Both the position numbers and the translations under genes were made by a program. Shown piece by piece: positions 13,484 to 27,442 of a stretch of DNA of 64,000 nucleotides. The notes below the pieces were generated by a model. That model was not told the origin of the DNA and made no database searches. It saw only the letters and a program-made list of their open reading frames with translations. Source of the stretch: Antedon mediterranea (taxonomy: Eukaryota > Animalia > Echinodermata); assembly GCF_964355755.1 (NCBI RefSeq), contig NC_092679.1, positions 10,337,432-10,401,431 on the forward strand, given 5' to 3'. Position 1 is the first letter of the stretch. Each line of letters begins with the position of its first letter.

Positions 13484-15492
13484 CAGGCCCGTAACCAGGG
13501 GGGGATCGGGGGGATCGTACGATCCCCCCCGCTGAACAGCGAGTTCCGCTTGGCCTCCCACTTTTTTTTTGCTGGGCATACTAACACAACACGACGATTG
13601 TTCACTACAGGCCTAGTCAAGCCTTAATAAATTTAATTAATATATATATATATATTTTAACTAAAATATAAAAACCTAACACTAAAATTTACAAGATAAG
13701 TTCTATTTGATAACTGCTGAACATCGTGGTTCTGGAGCTAGCGAGCTGTACACAGAGCATAGTTGTTGTTTGGTTGACATAACAGGGTATTCCCCTACAC
13801 AGGTCTCCGCGTGCGTGTGTGACGTGTCCAGCCAGCTGCTTGTAGAGAAAGCATGCAGCTCACACGCAAGTGCAAGATGCAATGGTTGAGTGAATTCAGG
13901 GATCATCTTAATTCCATGGTTTTTTACCTAAACACCACATGATGGTGAATATGCCTGTTAAAGTCTCAATGATACGATCCCTAATGAACCATGTTGTTGC
14001 TAGGAGGCTTGAAAGGAGGAGGGATCTAGCCTAATTTCGGTCGGCAAGAGAATGCCGTCCTCTGACAATAAGGTCGGCAATATTAAGGTCGGCAATTGAA
14101 ATTTGTGGGCTGGAAATTACACCAACAATATAGTTCATAAACAAAAGAGAATAGCCGTAAATGCGATTTGCGGCCATAGGCCTATAGAGAAAAAAAAATC
14201 GAGGGTATTGGTTCCAGTGGCGGATCTAGCGGGGGCGTATTTTTTTTTTTAATTTAATAGATTTTAAAAACACGTATCGTTTCGACGGTCATCAATCACC
14301 GATGGTTTGCACTTTTTCATAGTGAAAATAGTACGTCGTCGGAGCACATCGTCAGCTTGATCGCATTCCACCAAGCATGTCCGTCGACATCCTTTGTGTA
14401 CTATCAATCTCTAGCGTTACCAACGATCATTCACAGTTAAGTGTAAAAGGAGCAAGTTGATAAAAGCCACGTGGTGAGCTTGGTCGCGTTCCACACACAC
14501 TAAGCAGGTCGGCATCCTTTGTGATCGTCACTCCCGTATTGTAGAGTAGCGGTACCTCAGACGATCAATAGAGTTGATGAAGCCACATGGTCAGTGCTAC
14601 TATACTACGCGCCCATTTATTAAGTACAATAAAAACAAAGGCTAGGACTGTATAGTGCCTATGAAAATTATCCCGTTAGGGCTAAATTTTATTAAAACGT
14701 ATTACTATTAAAATATTAACAATGCTGCAGCATTTCATGACCCTTGTTGTTTTATTTGCTTTCCCGTCGATGATTCTCATAAAACACATCGCGATGACAT
14801 CATGACAAAAGAGGTGTTTTGTTTTTTTCAAATCACTAAATATAATGTAATCGAGCTGGACCGCTAATTTTTAAACGATCGTTTAAACCAGGTCGTTGAA
14901 TATGCCGTGATTTTAATTGTCAAAAACATGACCGTCAGTCGATGGCTCGGAGTTTCGATAAATCTCGCGTCGCATGTGTTGCGTGGTGAAAACACTCTCA
15001 GCAAGTTTGCTTCATTAATATTCATGAGACTCTGTGACGACCCGCTTTAACGTGACGTCATTTTACTTTAGCTGCATGCGAAGTATAGTGATTGCGATCG
15101 ACCCGGCGCGCGTGTAAAAAAATAATACCGGCCTAGGTATTAAAAGTAAAGGCAAGTTGTTAGCTTGCTTTTGCTACCCTAGGTAAGTATCAGCTGCATA
15201 TTCCACATGTCGTAATTTGCGAGCTTTAGAGTGTTTGGTAAATGACATTATGAGATGTTTGTAAATCGTTTTAAACGACTTAAAATGCGCTAGAACGCCA
15301 AAATTTCCAGGGGCCGTCGGCCCCTGGATCCCGACCGGGGGCCCTTGGCGGCCCCCTGGCCCCCAGCCAATGTTTGCTCGCTTCGCTCGCAAAGTAGCTA
15401 CGCCACCCCTATTTCAATATCCTGGATCCGCCCCTGGGTTCCACTAAACAACTTAACGATCCACCCCGCCGTCAAACCTGGTTACGGCCCTG
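13484..15492. mobile_element. Non-autonomous hAT element with 6-bp TSD
   Basis: TIR CAGGCCCGTAACCAGG / CCTGGTTACGGCCCTG; CGTAAG on both flanks; degraded HLALAC-like hAT motif on - near 13860. Confidence 0.8.
14215..15436. mobile_element. Nested non-autonomous hAT element with 5-bp TSD
   Basis: TIR CAGTGGCGGATCTAG / CTGGATCCGCCCCTG; GGTTC on both flanks. Confidence 0.8.
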
Positions 15493-17222
15493 CGTAAGTC
15501 TTTTTTCACACGCGCTCCAGAATTCTGTCGCAATTTTTTTCTTTGCGGCATGTTATTGGATCGCCATATCAGTTACCTTTTATTCACCGCCAGTTATTGA
15601 ACTTGTCCTGGCAATCGCTGTTCACCTTATTTGCGAGAGAGGTACACGTGTTGTTCCTAGAGAATGGAATGTCAAAAATGTCTTTGGCACGCCGCTCAGA
15701 GAGAAGTCTGTGCGTTGCTGCTGAAACCACGTGCTATAGGAGGGGAATGCACCACAATCCTCTGAGCTGAGGGCTGAATCATTCCGCTACCTGCTAAATA
15801 GTACAGAGGGATTTTCCATCTCTCGGGTCTACCGGATCTAGGCGCAGGGGTGTGACAAAATATTATTTTCACTCTGCTATGTTCGAGAGACATGTGAGTG
15901 AACACGCTCGAAATGCCAACAAACATTGCAGTCATTTGATGAGTGTGTCGCTATAACAATTATTGTTTATCGAAAGTTGAAGACTGTCGTTCAGATTTTT
16001 GAACCGTAGTTTGGGCACTTTTGTAAAAGTATTTGTTTGATTTGACACGATATGACTTGAATGAAAAAACAATCGTTACATAAAAATAAACAACATGATG
16101 AGTGTATACACGAATCTATTTAGATACGCTTGTATCGATTGATTATTAGGCCTATAATATAGCATAATAGCACGTTAAGATATGCCTCGCACCTTTTTGA
16201 AATTGTAAACTATATGCCTCGCATGCCTCGCACTTTTGGAAATGATAAAATGATGCCTCGCACAAATATTTGGCATGCCTCGCGTGCCTCGCTGCCTCGC
16301 ACTTTGTCAACACTCCCTCTCACATGCCCTCCTGATAAGTAGGCTGAAAACGCGACCGAAATTACTGGAACTCTAGCATACTAGCTAGGCTTAGATAGTA
16401 GTGATCCGTAGTATAGTACCATGGAACTATAATAAATGGTAGACGTACTAGTACTGTGTAGTATACTAACACGTCTGGCTCTACGAGGCCTTTTTATGCT
16501 CATGGGATGGCTTTTTTGGGCGTCCCAATGTAGGCCTATGCCTATAGCTAGGACAGATTTCCCATTCCTGCAGGCCTGTAGCCTATGCTCTAGTAGGGCG
16601 GCCGGGTGTACCCTGGTCGATTCACCCCTGGTCGACTCGTACCCATGCCAACTCGTACTTAACTTCCTACCCTAAACTCGTATCCAACCAAATAATTGGT
16701 TGATTTCCCGCTAGACTAGTAGGCCTAGCCTAGCTACAATATTCATTATGCCCTGCTAAAAAGGTAGATGAGCTACTAGACTAATTACGTAATTCGTATA
16801 ATAATAACAATAATTGACTAAAAGGCCTAAAAGCGGCGGAAAACACCTAGGCCTATCCATTCTTGCATGGCAGTACGAAAACCTGCCTATGGTTGTACAT
16901 CATTGTAAATTGTTAACAGACACTGTGCTACGGACAGTGTACCGTGTGTTAAAATTACAGCATTTATAGCAGACAACAACGTGTATAACTTGCTATAGTT
17001 TTACAGATAGCACCTGTGGACAGTAGCAGAATCGGGTGATTTAATGCACGTCTACAGCGTGTAGCATTTCAGGTCCTTTTTAATAACCGTAAACCGGTAC
17101 AATGATTGGAATACCACCAAGATGCCACTTATTATGCATACATATGATACATACTGTCAAGGGTTTATTTAACATCTTGACCAATTATGTCACTTAAGGT
17201 AGGCCTACATACTTCCTACTTA

Positions 17223-18241
17223 GGGTGTCACGAAACCTAAGACCACTAAAGCTAAGACCCCCTAAGACCTAAGATCACGAAAGCTAAGACCCAAGACCTA
17301 AGATTACAAATTCTAAGATATACTACAGCTTAAAAACAATACTTGTTTATCCATACATAATTTTAAACACAGTAGGTTTCATTTATTACCATAAATATAA
17401 TTTAATACTACCGTAAAACATAGATTAAACTCACATTATTTTCGCCCGTTGAGTAAATGTATATTTTTTCTTTACAACAAACAAACTTGACGGGTTGTTT
17501 GTTGGTATATATTTACTCCATTGTGTTGGTTCAGAGGATGTTTTCTTACGCACCTGCATTTCTTGTATTTTGACTCCAAATTTGTTGACTAACTTTATCC
17601 TAAATACCACACTAAATTAGGACTTATAAGTACTTTCAGAAGGAGAAACACATAAAAACAAATAAATAAATTCTTTAAATTGATGATTTAACAGACGTGT
17701 TTCTTTGTATACTGTAACTCCCCGAGCTCCCCATGCTCAATGTTTTTGTTTCTATGGAGCGCCAAAAGAGCAACAATAATAAGAAACAGAAACAAAAAAA
17801 CTTATCATGATTTTTAAATTAAAATTTATTTGCCAGTATTTATTTCTTCGTACTTGCATGATTATACTATTATCATTACAATTTTAATTTTACATTGTTC
17901 CATCCACACTGTAGATGGACTCCACAGAGTTTTCAGCCCTCTATATAATTTTTGCTCTTTTGACGTTCCATAGAAACAAAAACATTGAACATGGGGTAGG
18001 CCTACTGTACTGTAGGCTAGTGATCATTTTGTGTGCGAGAAAAACGTCTGTAAAATCATCAATTTAAAAATGTATTTGTTACTTTTTATGTGATTCTTTT
18101 TCATGAAAGTGCCAATTCTAAGGTGTGGTATTCAGAATAATGTTGGGAGTTAAAATACAAGGCAGGTGCGAAAGATAAATATTTGTAATCTTAGGTCTTA
18201 GGGGGGTCTTAGCTTTCGTGGTCTTAGGTTTCCTGACACCC
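17223..18241. mobile_element. MULE MITE, copy 2 (inverted relative to 11347-12696)
   Basis: Same TIR; TSD TTCCTACTTA / TTACTACTTA; interior is the reverse complement of 11700-12610. Confidence 0.9.
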
Positions 18242-21200
18242 TTACTACTTATTACATACTACATAATGTCCATAGTAGATGCTGTTGCCAGAGGGCATTA
18301 TCATAGAGCACAACTGTGGGTCATTGAAAGGGTCTGTTAGATCCTGTTTTAGAATCGCTCGAAGGACATCATAAACTAGTGTTGCCCTATTTGGCTCTCA
18401 GAGAAACCCAACATTATCAAATTGTGTTGTGGAATGACAGTAAAGTTCATATTTAAATAAAGCTGCAGGATCTTTACAATTAATTGGTTATAACGTTTAG
18501 TGGTTGCAAGAGCAATTGTTGATCAATGGACTGCATCTCCGCAAGGAACTGTTTCAGATCCAAATGTAATTTTTTTTAAAGAGAATCCATTATTTATCCA
18601 AATTATTGAGTATACTCTAACAGACCACTATACTATGTTATGCAGTGATGGCTTTCTACGAAATAAATCCCACTCTAAATAGGTTTACTCTTCGTTGTCT
18701 ATAATAAAAAAAATATAAATATAAAATATAAATTTCAATTCAATTCAATAGTCTGAAACAGTGCCGATCAATCACTTCTTCTCAGTTATGAAGTTTGTAT
18801 AAACATCGAGAGTCTTGTCTTATTTATTATCATATATTTTTGTTGTTCTGTTTTTATTTTTGTAAGTTATATATATTGTACATACAGTTTACGTATTATG
18901 TATTTTCATCATACAGATCTAATTAATTAATTAGTTTACATTTTGTTCTGATGTTATGTGTTAGTATTTAGAACTTTGTACCTTGATGTTTCTTTGTATT
19001 TTAAAGGTGATTCCTATGAATAAATAAAAATTGTCGAGTTGGCACATTTGTTGAATTACAAGTACGCTGATTTCGGTGTACAGATTATGATGAGCTGCTG
19101 CTTTGCTGCAAAAAAAGTAACATGTTCTTTATTGCTGCAAGATGTAATTTCTGGTACGTTCAGCTTTGATTTTATTGGAATAGCAACCATGTCTGAATAT
19201 TACAACCAGAGTTTGGATAGTTCTTAAGTAGGTACGTTTTTCTTTAATCACAGGTAGTGTATCTATGTGTGAGAGTTAAATTGACAAAATTTAAGAGAAT
19301 GATCAATTGGCGCGAATAAATTCACCTAGTAGTCCAGTTAGTTAGTATCACCGTTAGTATCCTATCTAATCCTATCATAAAAAGCAACTTGTGGTAATAT
19401 CAGAAAACTTAGCTTGTGTTTTCTTGTTTAAATAAACTGTTAAAACCATTGTTAATTTTAAATTCAGCAGTGTTTTTACTACTGAACCTACTCGCGAGTC
19501 CTCCTAACTAATCAATCATGATCAACTTTGTTTTTAAATAAACATAAAAATGTGGTATTTTGAGGGAAAAAATGAAGATTGAGGGCGCGTTCACACAAGT
19601 AAAAATACACTTTTTTGCCTGTATCTAATTAAGTTTTAGCCATAATAATTTGAAAATAGTCTTATTTGATAGATAATTAAATTTTCTTTATATCAAAAAA
19701 AATAAACTTTATATTAAATACACATAATTCTGATAAATTCATGTGATTTGCTTAAAATCGGCAAATATAACACATTTTAATATTATAACAAATGCTAGTG
19801 ATGTTAATAAATTACAAAGTTAGTGATCATAAATAAAATTCTTTTACATTTCTAACAAATGTTGTTATTATAAAACATATAAATGTAAATTTTTCGAACC
19901 ATTTCACAAAAACAACCATTTTACGGCCAATAGTTTTTGAGATTATAGAAATGTGTACTACCAGTACAGGTCAAAGGTCAATAAAAATATTTCGGATCAT
20001 TTTCTTGAAAAAGTTCTTATTAGACTGAATAGAAACATATACCTACAGATTAATTTGAGCCCTATTTAAAGTTTGTCCAACTGTTAGTTACGGAGTTATA
20101 TGATATGTAGGTCAAAGGTCAAATATGCCAAAAATCATACTTCCAGCCATTTTTGGACAAACTTTTCCATTAGAACGAATATTAATATGCATCTCCAAAA
20201 TAATTTGACACTAAAATTATTTCATTTAATCTACGCGTTGCAAAGATATGACCATTTTGTTTTCAATGGGTCAAAACATTCAAATTGAGGTCAGAGGTCA
20301 AAGATGAATTTTAGAAATTTGACAACATGGGTTTTTATAACCAGCATGATTCAAATATTCATAAAACACAATGTTTACACTTTCCCCATGATCTGCACAC
20401 GAAAATACACAGGGATCTGGACTATAGTGGAAAATAGAACAGGCTTGATAAAGCGAATTATATAATGTTGAGCTCAGATAGTAATTGCTTAATTTCATTA
20501 AGGGTTAATCGTTGAAATTTGACCATAAATTTATTTTTAGTTTGTGTTTATATTTCAACGTAATTCGAAATTATTCAGGACCTTTCGGTTTCTTTCTCGT
20601 AATAAAAATTTGGCTTAAAGCGCTAAATAGAGAACAATAGGTACAGCTGATTGATCTTGCCTTTGTGGCGCTGGCGCGGAGCGCAAATTAGTTCGCTGTT
20701 TTTTACTTGATTCATAAATATTACTATTTAAACTTTAGATTGAGGAGTTTTTTGTTTAAAAACATTTCGTCGCACATGTTTTTACCCTACTTTTTAAAGA
20801 GTTTTATATATGCTAATTAGTAATTAATTAGAAAAAATCTTAGGATGTATAGCATTATTTTTAAACTTATTACAAAATTATTGTCAAGATGCTAGTTAAC
20901 GTAGGCCTAAGTGTAAACTTTATACTTTACTTTTGACTGTTCAGACTTTGCGAAAATAAAAGACGCTAGCGAAAAACTGTGCTGTGTGATGATGCGCGCA
21001 AACCCTAACGAAAGTATAAAATGCCAAACTATATTATTTTGGGGTTTTTTTTCGTGGTGTATTAATTATTTGATACATAGCCTACAGATAAAAAAAGTTT
21101 AACATGAATCGATTGAAAAACAATATATAAAACCATTTGGAATCGTTTGTTTGTGTGTGTTCATTTACATTTTATTTTTGGTTTTGATATTTTACAAATT

Positions 21201-21329
21201 TTGTGTGTGGGAGATTTGCTAGCTATTTGCTACTTAAATTAAATTGTGGTCTAGCAATCAGTCGGCAGATCAACGACGACGCAATCATTCGATACGGTTG
21301 ACTAAAGACTTTTTTTATAGCGCCGCGGC

Positions 21330-23427
21330 CGTATCCGGATATTCACCCCCTGGACATTTACCCACCGGAAAACTACCCCTCGGACAACCACCACCTGGAA
21401 CACTACCCCCTTAGGACAACTACCCCTTTAGGACAACTACCCCCCGGACAAATACCCCCCGTACAACGACCCCCTTAGGACAACAACCCCCTTAGGACAA
21501 CTACCCCCTTAGGACAACAACCCCCTTAGGACAATTACCCCCTAGGAACAATTACCCCCCGGACAATTACCCCCTAGGAACAATTACCCCCTGGACAATT
21601 ACCCCCTCTCCCCCCCCCCCCCGGGTAATTACCCCGCGGACAACTACCTCTGACACAATACTCCCCCTAGGACATAGGACAACTACTTCCTGGACAATAC
21701 TCCGAGGGCAAATAATCTTTTAGGACAACTACCTCCGTAGGACAACTAACCCCTGGACAACTACCCCCTAGGAACAATTACCCCCTGACAATTACCCCCG
21801 AAGAATTACCCCCCCCCCCTCCCCACCGGGTAATTACCCCGCGGACAACTACCTCTGACACAATACTCCCCGTAGGACAACTACCTCCTGGACCTGGACA
21901 ATACTCCGAGGGCAAATAATCTTTTTGGACAACTACCTCCGTAGGACAACTAACCCCTGGACAACTACCACCCAGACAACTATCCCTTTAGAACAACTAC
22001 CCCCCGGACGGACAACTACCACCCAGACCATTCAACAACCTGACTCTGCAACAGTGTATAATAGGAATTAATAACTATATTTTAATTCGTTACTTTGACG
22101 AATTACTATTCATTATTGTAAACAAAAGTAAAAGATTGAACATAAATATAGCCTGGTATAAACTGAAGATTGTCACACATGATCATAGGATAGTCGAACG
22201 TATTTATAGTACTCCCTGTATTTACTGTAAAGACTGGGTTCGCTAATTATAATAATAATTTTTGCGTCAGGACAATGCTTCGATAATAACCACTGGTCTT
22301 AAAAGAATTAATTTTTGTCTAAAATTTTTCATATATGTATTTTTGTACACTTGAAGAATAATATCACTTTTGATATTTGACCTCAATGTTCACTCACCGA
22401 ATAAACGGCGATCTTTAAATAAATTCCCCTCAAATAAACGGTGACCATGTCACTCCCATGAAACATCATATGGAATAATCGGCGTCTATTGCCATTAGAT
22501 TATACCCCCTCCCATTGAATAAACAACTTTCTTCCAATAAATGTCCACCTACAAACCATCTAAACAATAAACAGCCCAGGCCGTTTTTTCAATAAATACG
22601 GTACTTTAAATCTAGCACATCTAGGGTCTAGCGTGCTGTTAAACAGAATAAACAGTTAAAAACGGGTGTTTCGAAACTATAGACCCGAGACCAGAGATCA
22701 GAGACCCGAGACCCAATACGAAAAGGGAGACCTAAATATACGAAAAGGGAGACCCACGTACGAAAAGGGAGACCCCACTATACGAAAAGGGAGACCCTAA
22801 TATACGAAAAGGGAGACCTAAATATACGAAAAGGGAGACCCAAATATACGAAAAGGGAGACCCAAATATACAAAATGGGAGACCCAAATATACGAAAAGG
22901 GAGACCCACTATAAGAAAAGGGAGACCCCACTATACGAAAAGAGAGACCACACTATACGAAAAGGGAGACCCTAATATACGAAAAGGGAGACCCAAATAT
23001 AGGTCTCCCTTTTTGTATTGGGTCTCATGTCAGGTCTGTGGTCTCGGGTCTCTAGTTTCGAAACACACCCGTTAAAAACAGATGATTTCATTTTTACAGA
23101 AACCGGTCATATATATTTGTCTACTTTTGGATTGGTGGGGGGGGGTAGTTGACCTGGGGTTAGTTGACCGGGGGATAGTTACCCGGGGGTAGTTACCCGG
23201 GGGGTAGTTATCCTAAGGGGGTAGTTGTCCTAAGGGGGTGGTTGTCCGGGGGGTAGTTGTCCGGGGGGTTGTTATCCTAAGGGGGTAGTTGTCCTAAGGG
23301 TGTAGTTGTCCGTGGGGTAGTTGTCCGGGGGGTAGTTGTCCTAAGGGGGTAGTTGTCCTAAGGGGGTAGTTTTCCGGGTGGTAAACATCCGGGGGGTAAC
23401 TGTCTAGGGGGTAGGTGTCCTAGAACC
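21330..23427 (+). mobile_element. Composite MULE-like non-autonomous element with GGACAACTACCCC subterminal repeats, copy 1
   Basis: 9-bp TSD CGCCGCGGC / CGCCGTGGC; inverted arrays of ggacaactacccc at the two ends. Confidence 0.85.
22664..23070. mobile_element. Nested MULE MITE with ATACGAAAAGGGAGACCC repeats
   Basis: TIR GGGTGTTTCGAAACTA; 9-bp TSD GTTAAAAAC. Confidence 0.85.
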
Positions 23428-23729
23428 CGCCGTGGCATGGTATTTGTAGATCCGGCCATGGCGGTGGTACACGACAGAGGAGGCTCAGTAGTTTATACAG
23501 TGACGTAATATGGTCGCTGAGACGTCAAAATACTGCTATTTTTTGCCTTTTTTTAGTGTTTATCCTTAAAATTCAAGAAAGTGACATAGCCTATCGTGTT
23601 CGGCCCCTCAATAAACATCAGTGTGCCAAATGTGAGCACGTTCCGATCAGTGGTTTTGGAGGAGATACCTAAAATACGCGAACAATTTAGTAGCATTAAT
23701 ATATAGATAATATAGATATAGATGGCTAT

Positions 23730-25720
23730 TGTTATTTATATTCATTTTTTTCAGACCTAATAATACAACAAAAAAGAAAAAGATTACATAAAACAAGCAA
23801 GACAGTTGGCAAGGGAAAAAAACAGGACACTATCCTGGCGGCTTGTCAAAAAGCAAAGAATGTCGCCTGATAGTGACTGGTTGGAAAAATTACAGTAACG
23901 AGGTTAAACATTTAACAATCCGGTTACATAAAGCAGAATAAAAATGACAATCATTGTAAATGAACATGTCTGTGATATAGACCGGAATCTCATCCCACAT
24001 CCGTGGAAATGAAATAAAAACATTACAGAGTAAACAAGAAATATTTTTTACAAAAAACTCTGTTCGATTGTTGACGTAACAGTTTTAAAGATATTTTGTC
24101 CCCTTGAAAAAATAATTTAAATAAAAATGATGTATAAATAATATTACTTTATTATACTAAACAGACTCAATTTCTGTCACTTTAGTTTATTTTATTGCCA
24201 AGGTCAAGTCTGGGGGTCACTTCTAGATCAAGCATTAGATGCTTCAAGTGTCAACAAATTGTATCCTATTACAACCAAAAACTTTACTATTATAAATTAT
24301 GGACTGTTTTCATAATAATTCAATGATTATCTTACAGCGAATTATCGGTCTAGATTGACAGTCAAATGGGACTCATTGTAAATACCATAAATAATGTTTT
24401 GATTATTTGACAGTGAATTATTATAATACTGGCCTATGTTGACAGGGTAACGGGACGATTCGGCCCTGAGACGATTCGGTACACTTAAATTTATCGGCTT
24501 TGATATGCATTTTATAAGCATAAAATAAGCTTTTTCCCCAAACTTTATTTTCAGAGAGACGGTAGGGTAGTACTACTAGGAATAAAGATGCAATAAAGCA
24601 AACATTTTGAAAACATTGTCGAAAATGATCTTTTTTTAGTCACGCGAACGATGTAAACAAGTTACGCCCTCTGTTGGCCGCTTGGCGAAAGCACGAAATA
24701 AACAAGGTTTCTGAAGTAATAAATTGAATATAAAATGACGTTTTTTTAGTAATTTATTATATATATTATATCAACATTGTCAATATCAATAAAATACGGA
24801 TTGTTAAAAACCTTTAAAAAACTTGATAAATACCAAAAAAAAATTATATAAATTTGGTCTAAAGTGAGACGTTTCGGCCCACGAAATGGGATGTTTCGGC
24901 CCAAAAGTAGGCCGAATCGTCCCACCAAAAGTTGGCCGAATAGTCCCGGGCCGAATCGTCTCAGGGCCGAATCGTCCTGGAACCGTTGACAAAGTACCAA
25001 AAACGTCGGCCTCTAGAACTATAACTGCTGTTTGCTTTAGCTTCTGAATGAGTAGTCATCTTGGGACGTACCTGGCTAAAGCAGCAGCGTGAATAAAGCA
25101 TTAGTACGAAACTTCTCATCTGAAAACAAGTTTCTCAATTCTACGTTCAACAGGTGTAGGTAGCAAGGCACCATCAATTAGAGAAATCTGTACAGAAGCA
25201 CTTCACAACAAATTTAACACGAATGAATTTTATTCTATTAGGCCTATAAATAGTTGGTAATTTTAGAGTCCGCAACCTATGTTCGTATGACGGCCGCATG
25301 TCATAATCCATATGAAAAAAAACGTGGGAAGCATGATCGTGTAAAGCGTCTTTTATCTAGTACTTCTTCCATAGCATTTAAAAAGTTTTGTGTGTACAGC
25401 ATTGGGTGGGCGATAGAAGCATCCGATCAAGAGTACCAAGCTTACATGTAATCTCAACCCATACAATTTCCAAGTTGTTGTGATTAAGCGCAGATGTTGG
25501 TTTACACGCATCACTAATGACCAGCACTACGTCTTCACCAACATCCTATTTCGATCGTTCTGAATATCTGGTAACCACTCTCTATAGTTATTTCTGCATC
25601 ATTGATTTCATTGCCAAGCCACGTTTCTGTAGCCGCAAGGATGTGGGGGTTTTCTGTATCCACAACAAGCTGCAACTCCGTTAATTTATTGCAGACATTA
25701 TGACGTTACAGCACTGCAGC
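23730..25720 (-). pseudogene. Degraded CR1/L2-type LINE remnants (APE endonuclease fragment and probable 3' end)
   Basis: Minus-strand peptides ILAATETWLGNEINDAEITIESGYQIFR, LEIVWVEI and LLIGCFYRPPN at 25380-25650; FISFPRMWDEIP near 24000. Confidence 0.65.
24446..24984. mobile_element. MULE-like MITE with GACGATTCGGCC subterminal repeats
   Basis: ggacgattcggccctgagacgattcgg / ccgaatcgtctcagggccgaatcgtcc; flanks GTTGACAG / GTTGACAA. Confidence 0.75.
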
Positions 25721-26226
25721 AGTCCAGTAAGTTGCTAATAGGAAAAACCACACTGTTTAGGCTCACTTAACCCCGTACCCCAAAATGTACAGAAAATAAT
25801 GAAACTGATTGTTTTGTTAAGTTGTGTACATATTATTAATAGCTAATACATGTACCTCAAAATTGTTATATAAATCAGAATTTATATAACTATTATATAT
25901 GAATCATTTTAGCCAATTTTTAGCCAATTAAATAATCATAATGCAATAATATTGGCATATTTAAATAATATTGACATATTTGTAGATACGAGAATGTTTC
26001 CATTTTCAAAAAAGATTTTACCTTTTGTAATGTCATTAATTATTTAACCTATGGCTACTTGTATTACCCCTACCCCAAAAAAGGTAAACAATCATTATTA
26101 ATCAGCAGGTAGGTCATTTGAAATACCAGAGTATTATTAAAACTGATTACTGTGTACGTTCTTACTAATATTGTAACATGTAGAAGCGGCCTACGGCTTA
26201 AATCATAAAGAAAATACAGTGCATTA

Positions 26227-26463
26227 GGGTACGGTGTCTAGAAAACTCAGATCTAGAAAAGTCAGATCTCAGATATATCTGAGTTTTCTAGATCTAGAAA
26301 AGTCAGATATCTGACTTTTCTAGATCTAGAAAACTCAGATATTCTAGATCTAGAAAACTCAGATATCTGACTTTTCTAGATCTAGAAAACTCAGATATCA
26401 ATATCTGACTTTTCTGAAATATCTGAGATCTGAGTCATCTAGATCTGAGTTTTCTAGACACCC
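26227..26463. mobile_element. Small palindromic MITE built of TCTAGAAAACTCAGAT repeats
   Basis: ggtgtctagaaaactcagatctaga / tctagatctgagttttctagacacc; no clear TSD. Confidence 0.7.
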
Positions 26464-26499
26464 TCTCGGGAATGAGGATATTTTGTATCTATCTATTTT

Positions 26500-27431
26500 G
26501 GTGACTACTTCTTCGCATGCAGCTAAAGTAAAATGACGTCACGTTAAAGCGTGTCGTCACAGAGTCTCATGCATATGCAAAAGGTATGTTTGTCTCTGCT
26601 TGTACCAAATAAGCGCGTAGCGGCGCTATACAATCTTTGATTTTACAAAATGTTTTCAGTGATAAATGATGGTGCGATCTGCGATCGGTGGTACGGAAAA
26701 TAAAATTATTCCGATATTGTTCCTGATAACAAAGAAGCAGATTAAATATAGTTGTTTATTTGACCCATTTGGCTTAGATGCCTATGCCTAGAAAGATTTT
26801 CTATGATACTACCTACTCACTAGCGGCCTAACTAAAGTAAAATACAGTATATTTGAGTAGTAGTTTATTAGTACACTACACACTATCAGGCCATCCATAT
26901 CCTCCTTCATCGTTACCGCGTGGCATCGTGCAGATGTACACTAACCCAGCACGTGCAGATGTACACTAACCCAGCATAATGCTGGGTTAGTGTACATCTG
27001 CACGATGCCACGGCTAACTACACTTCCCACCCACCCTTCCTAGAGGTATGCACTGCGCTACCACTAGGCCTAGCCTATTTCGGATCTCATGTCTTGCAAC
27101 ATCTGAAAATACATAATGTACTAATAGTAATACTGTACATTATTGTTATTATTTTTTATTCGCACTGGAAGTATCTAGGCTTTCCTGTTATGTTAAAATT
27201 AAATATATTATTTATTATCCTCAGCAGTGAAAACAATTATATTATAATTATATATGCCGTGATTTTAATTGTTAAAAATATGATCGTCAGTCGATGGCTC
27301 CGGAGTTTCGATAAATCTCGCGTCGCGCGTGGTGGAAAACACGCTCAGCAAGTTTGCTTCATTAATATGCATGACGACCCACTTTAACGTGACGTCATTT
27401 TACTTTAGCTGCATGCGAAGAAGTAGTCACC
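26500..27431. mobile_element. MULE MITE
   Basis: TIR GGTGACTACTTCTTCGCATGCAGCTAAAGTAAAATGACGTCACG; 9-bp TSD ATCTATTTT; a partial copy of the right arm also occurs at ~14900-15083. Confidence 0.9.
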
Positions 27432-27442
27432 ATCTATTTTAT

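Noticed and set aside
14265-14305. Another hammerhead (TTGATGA..GAAA on -)
   Set aside because: Core C is missing and stem II cannot form
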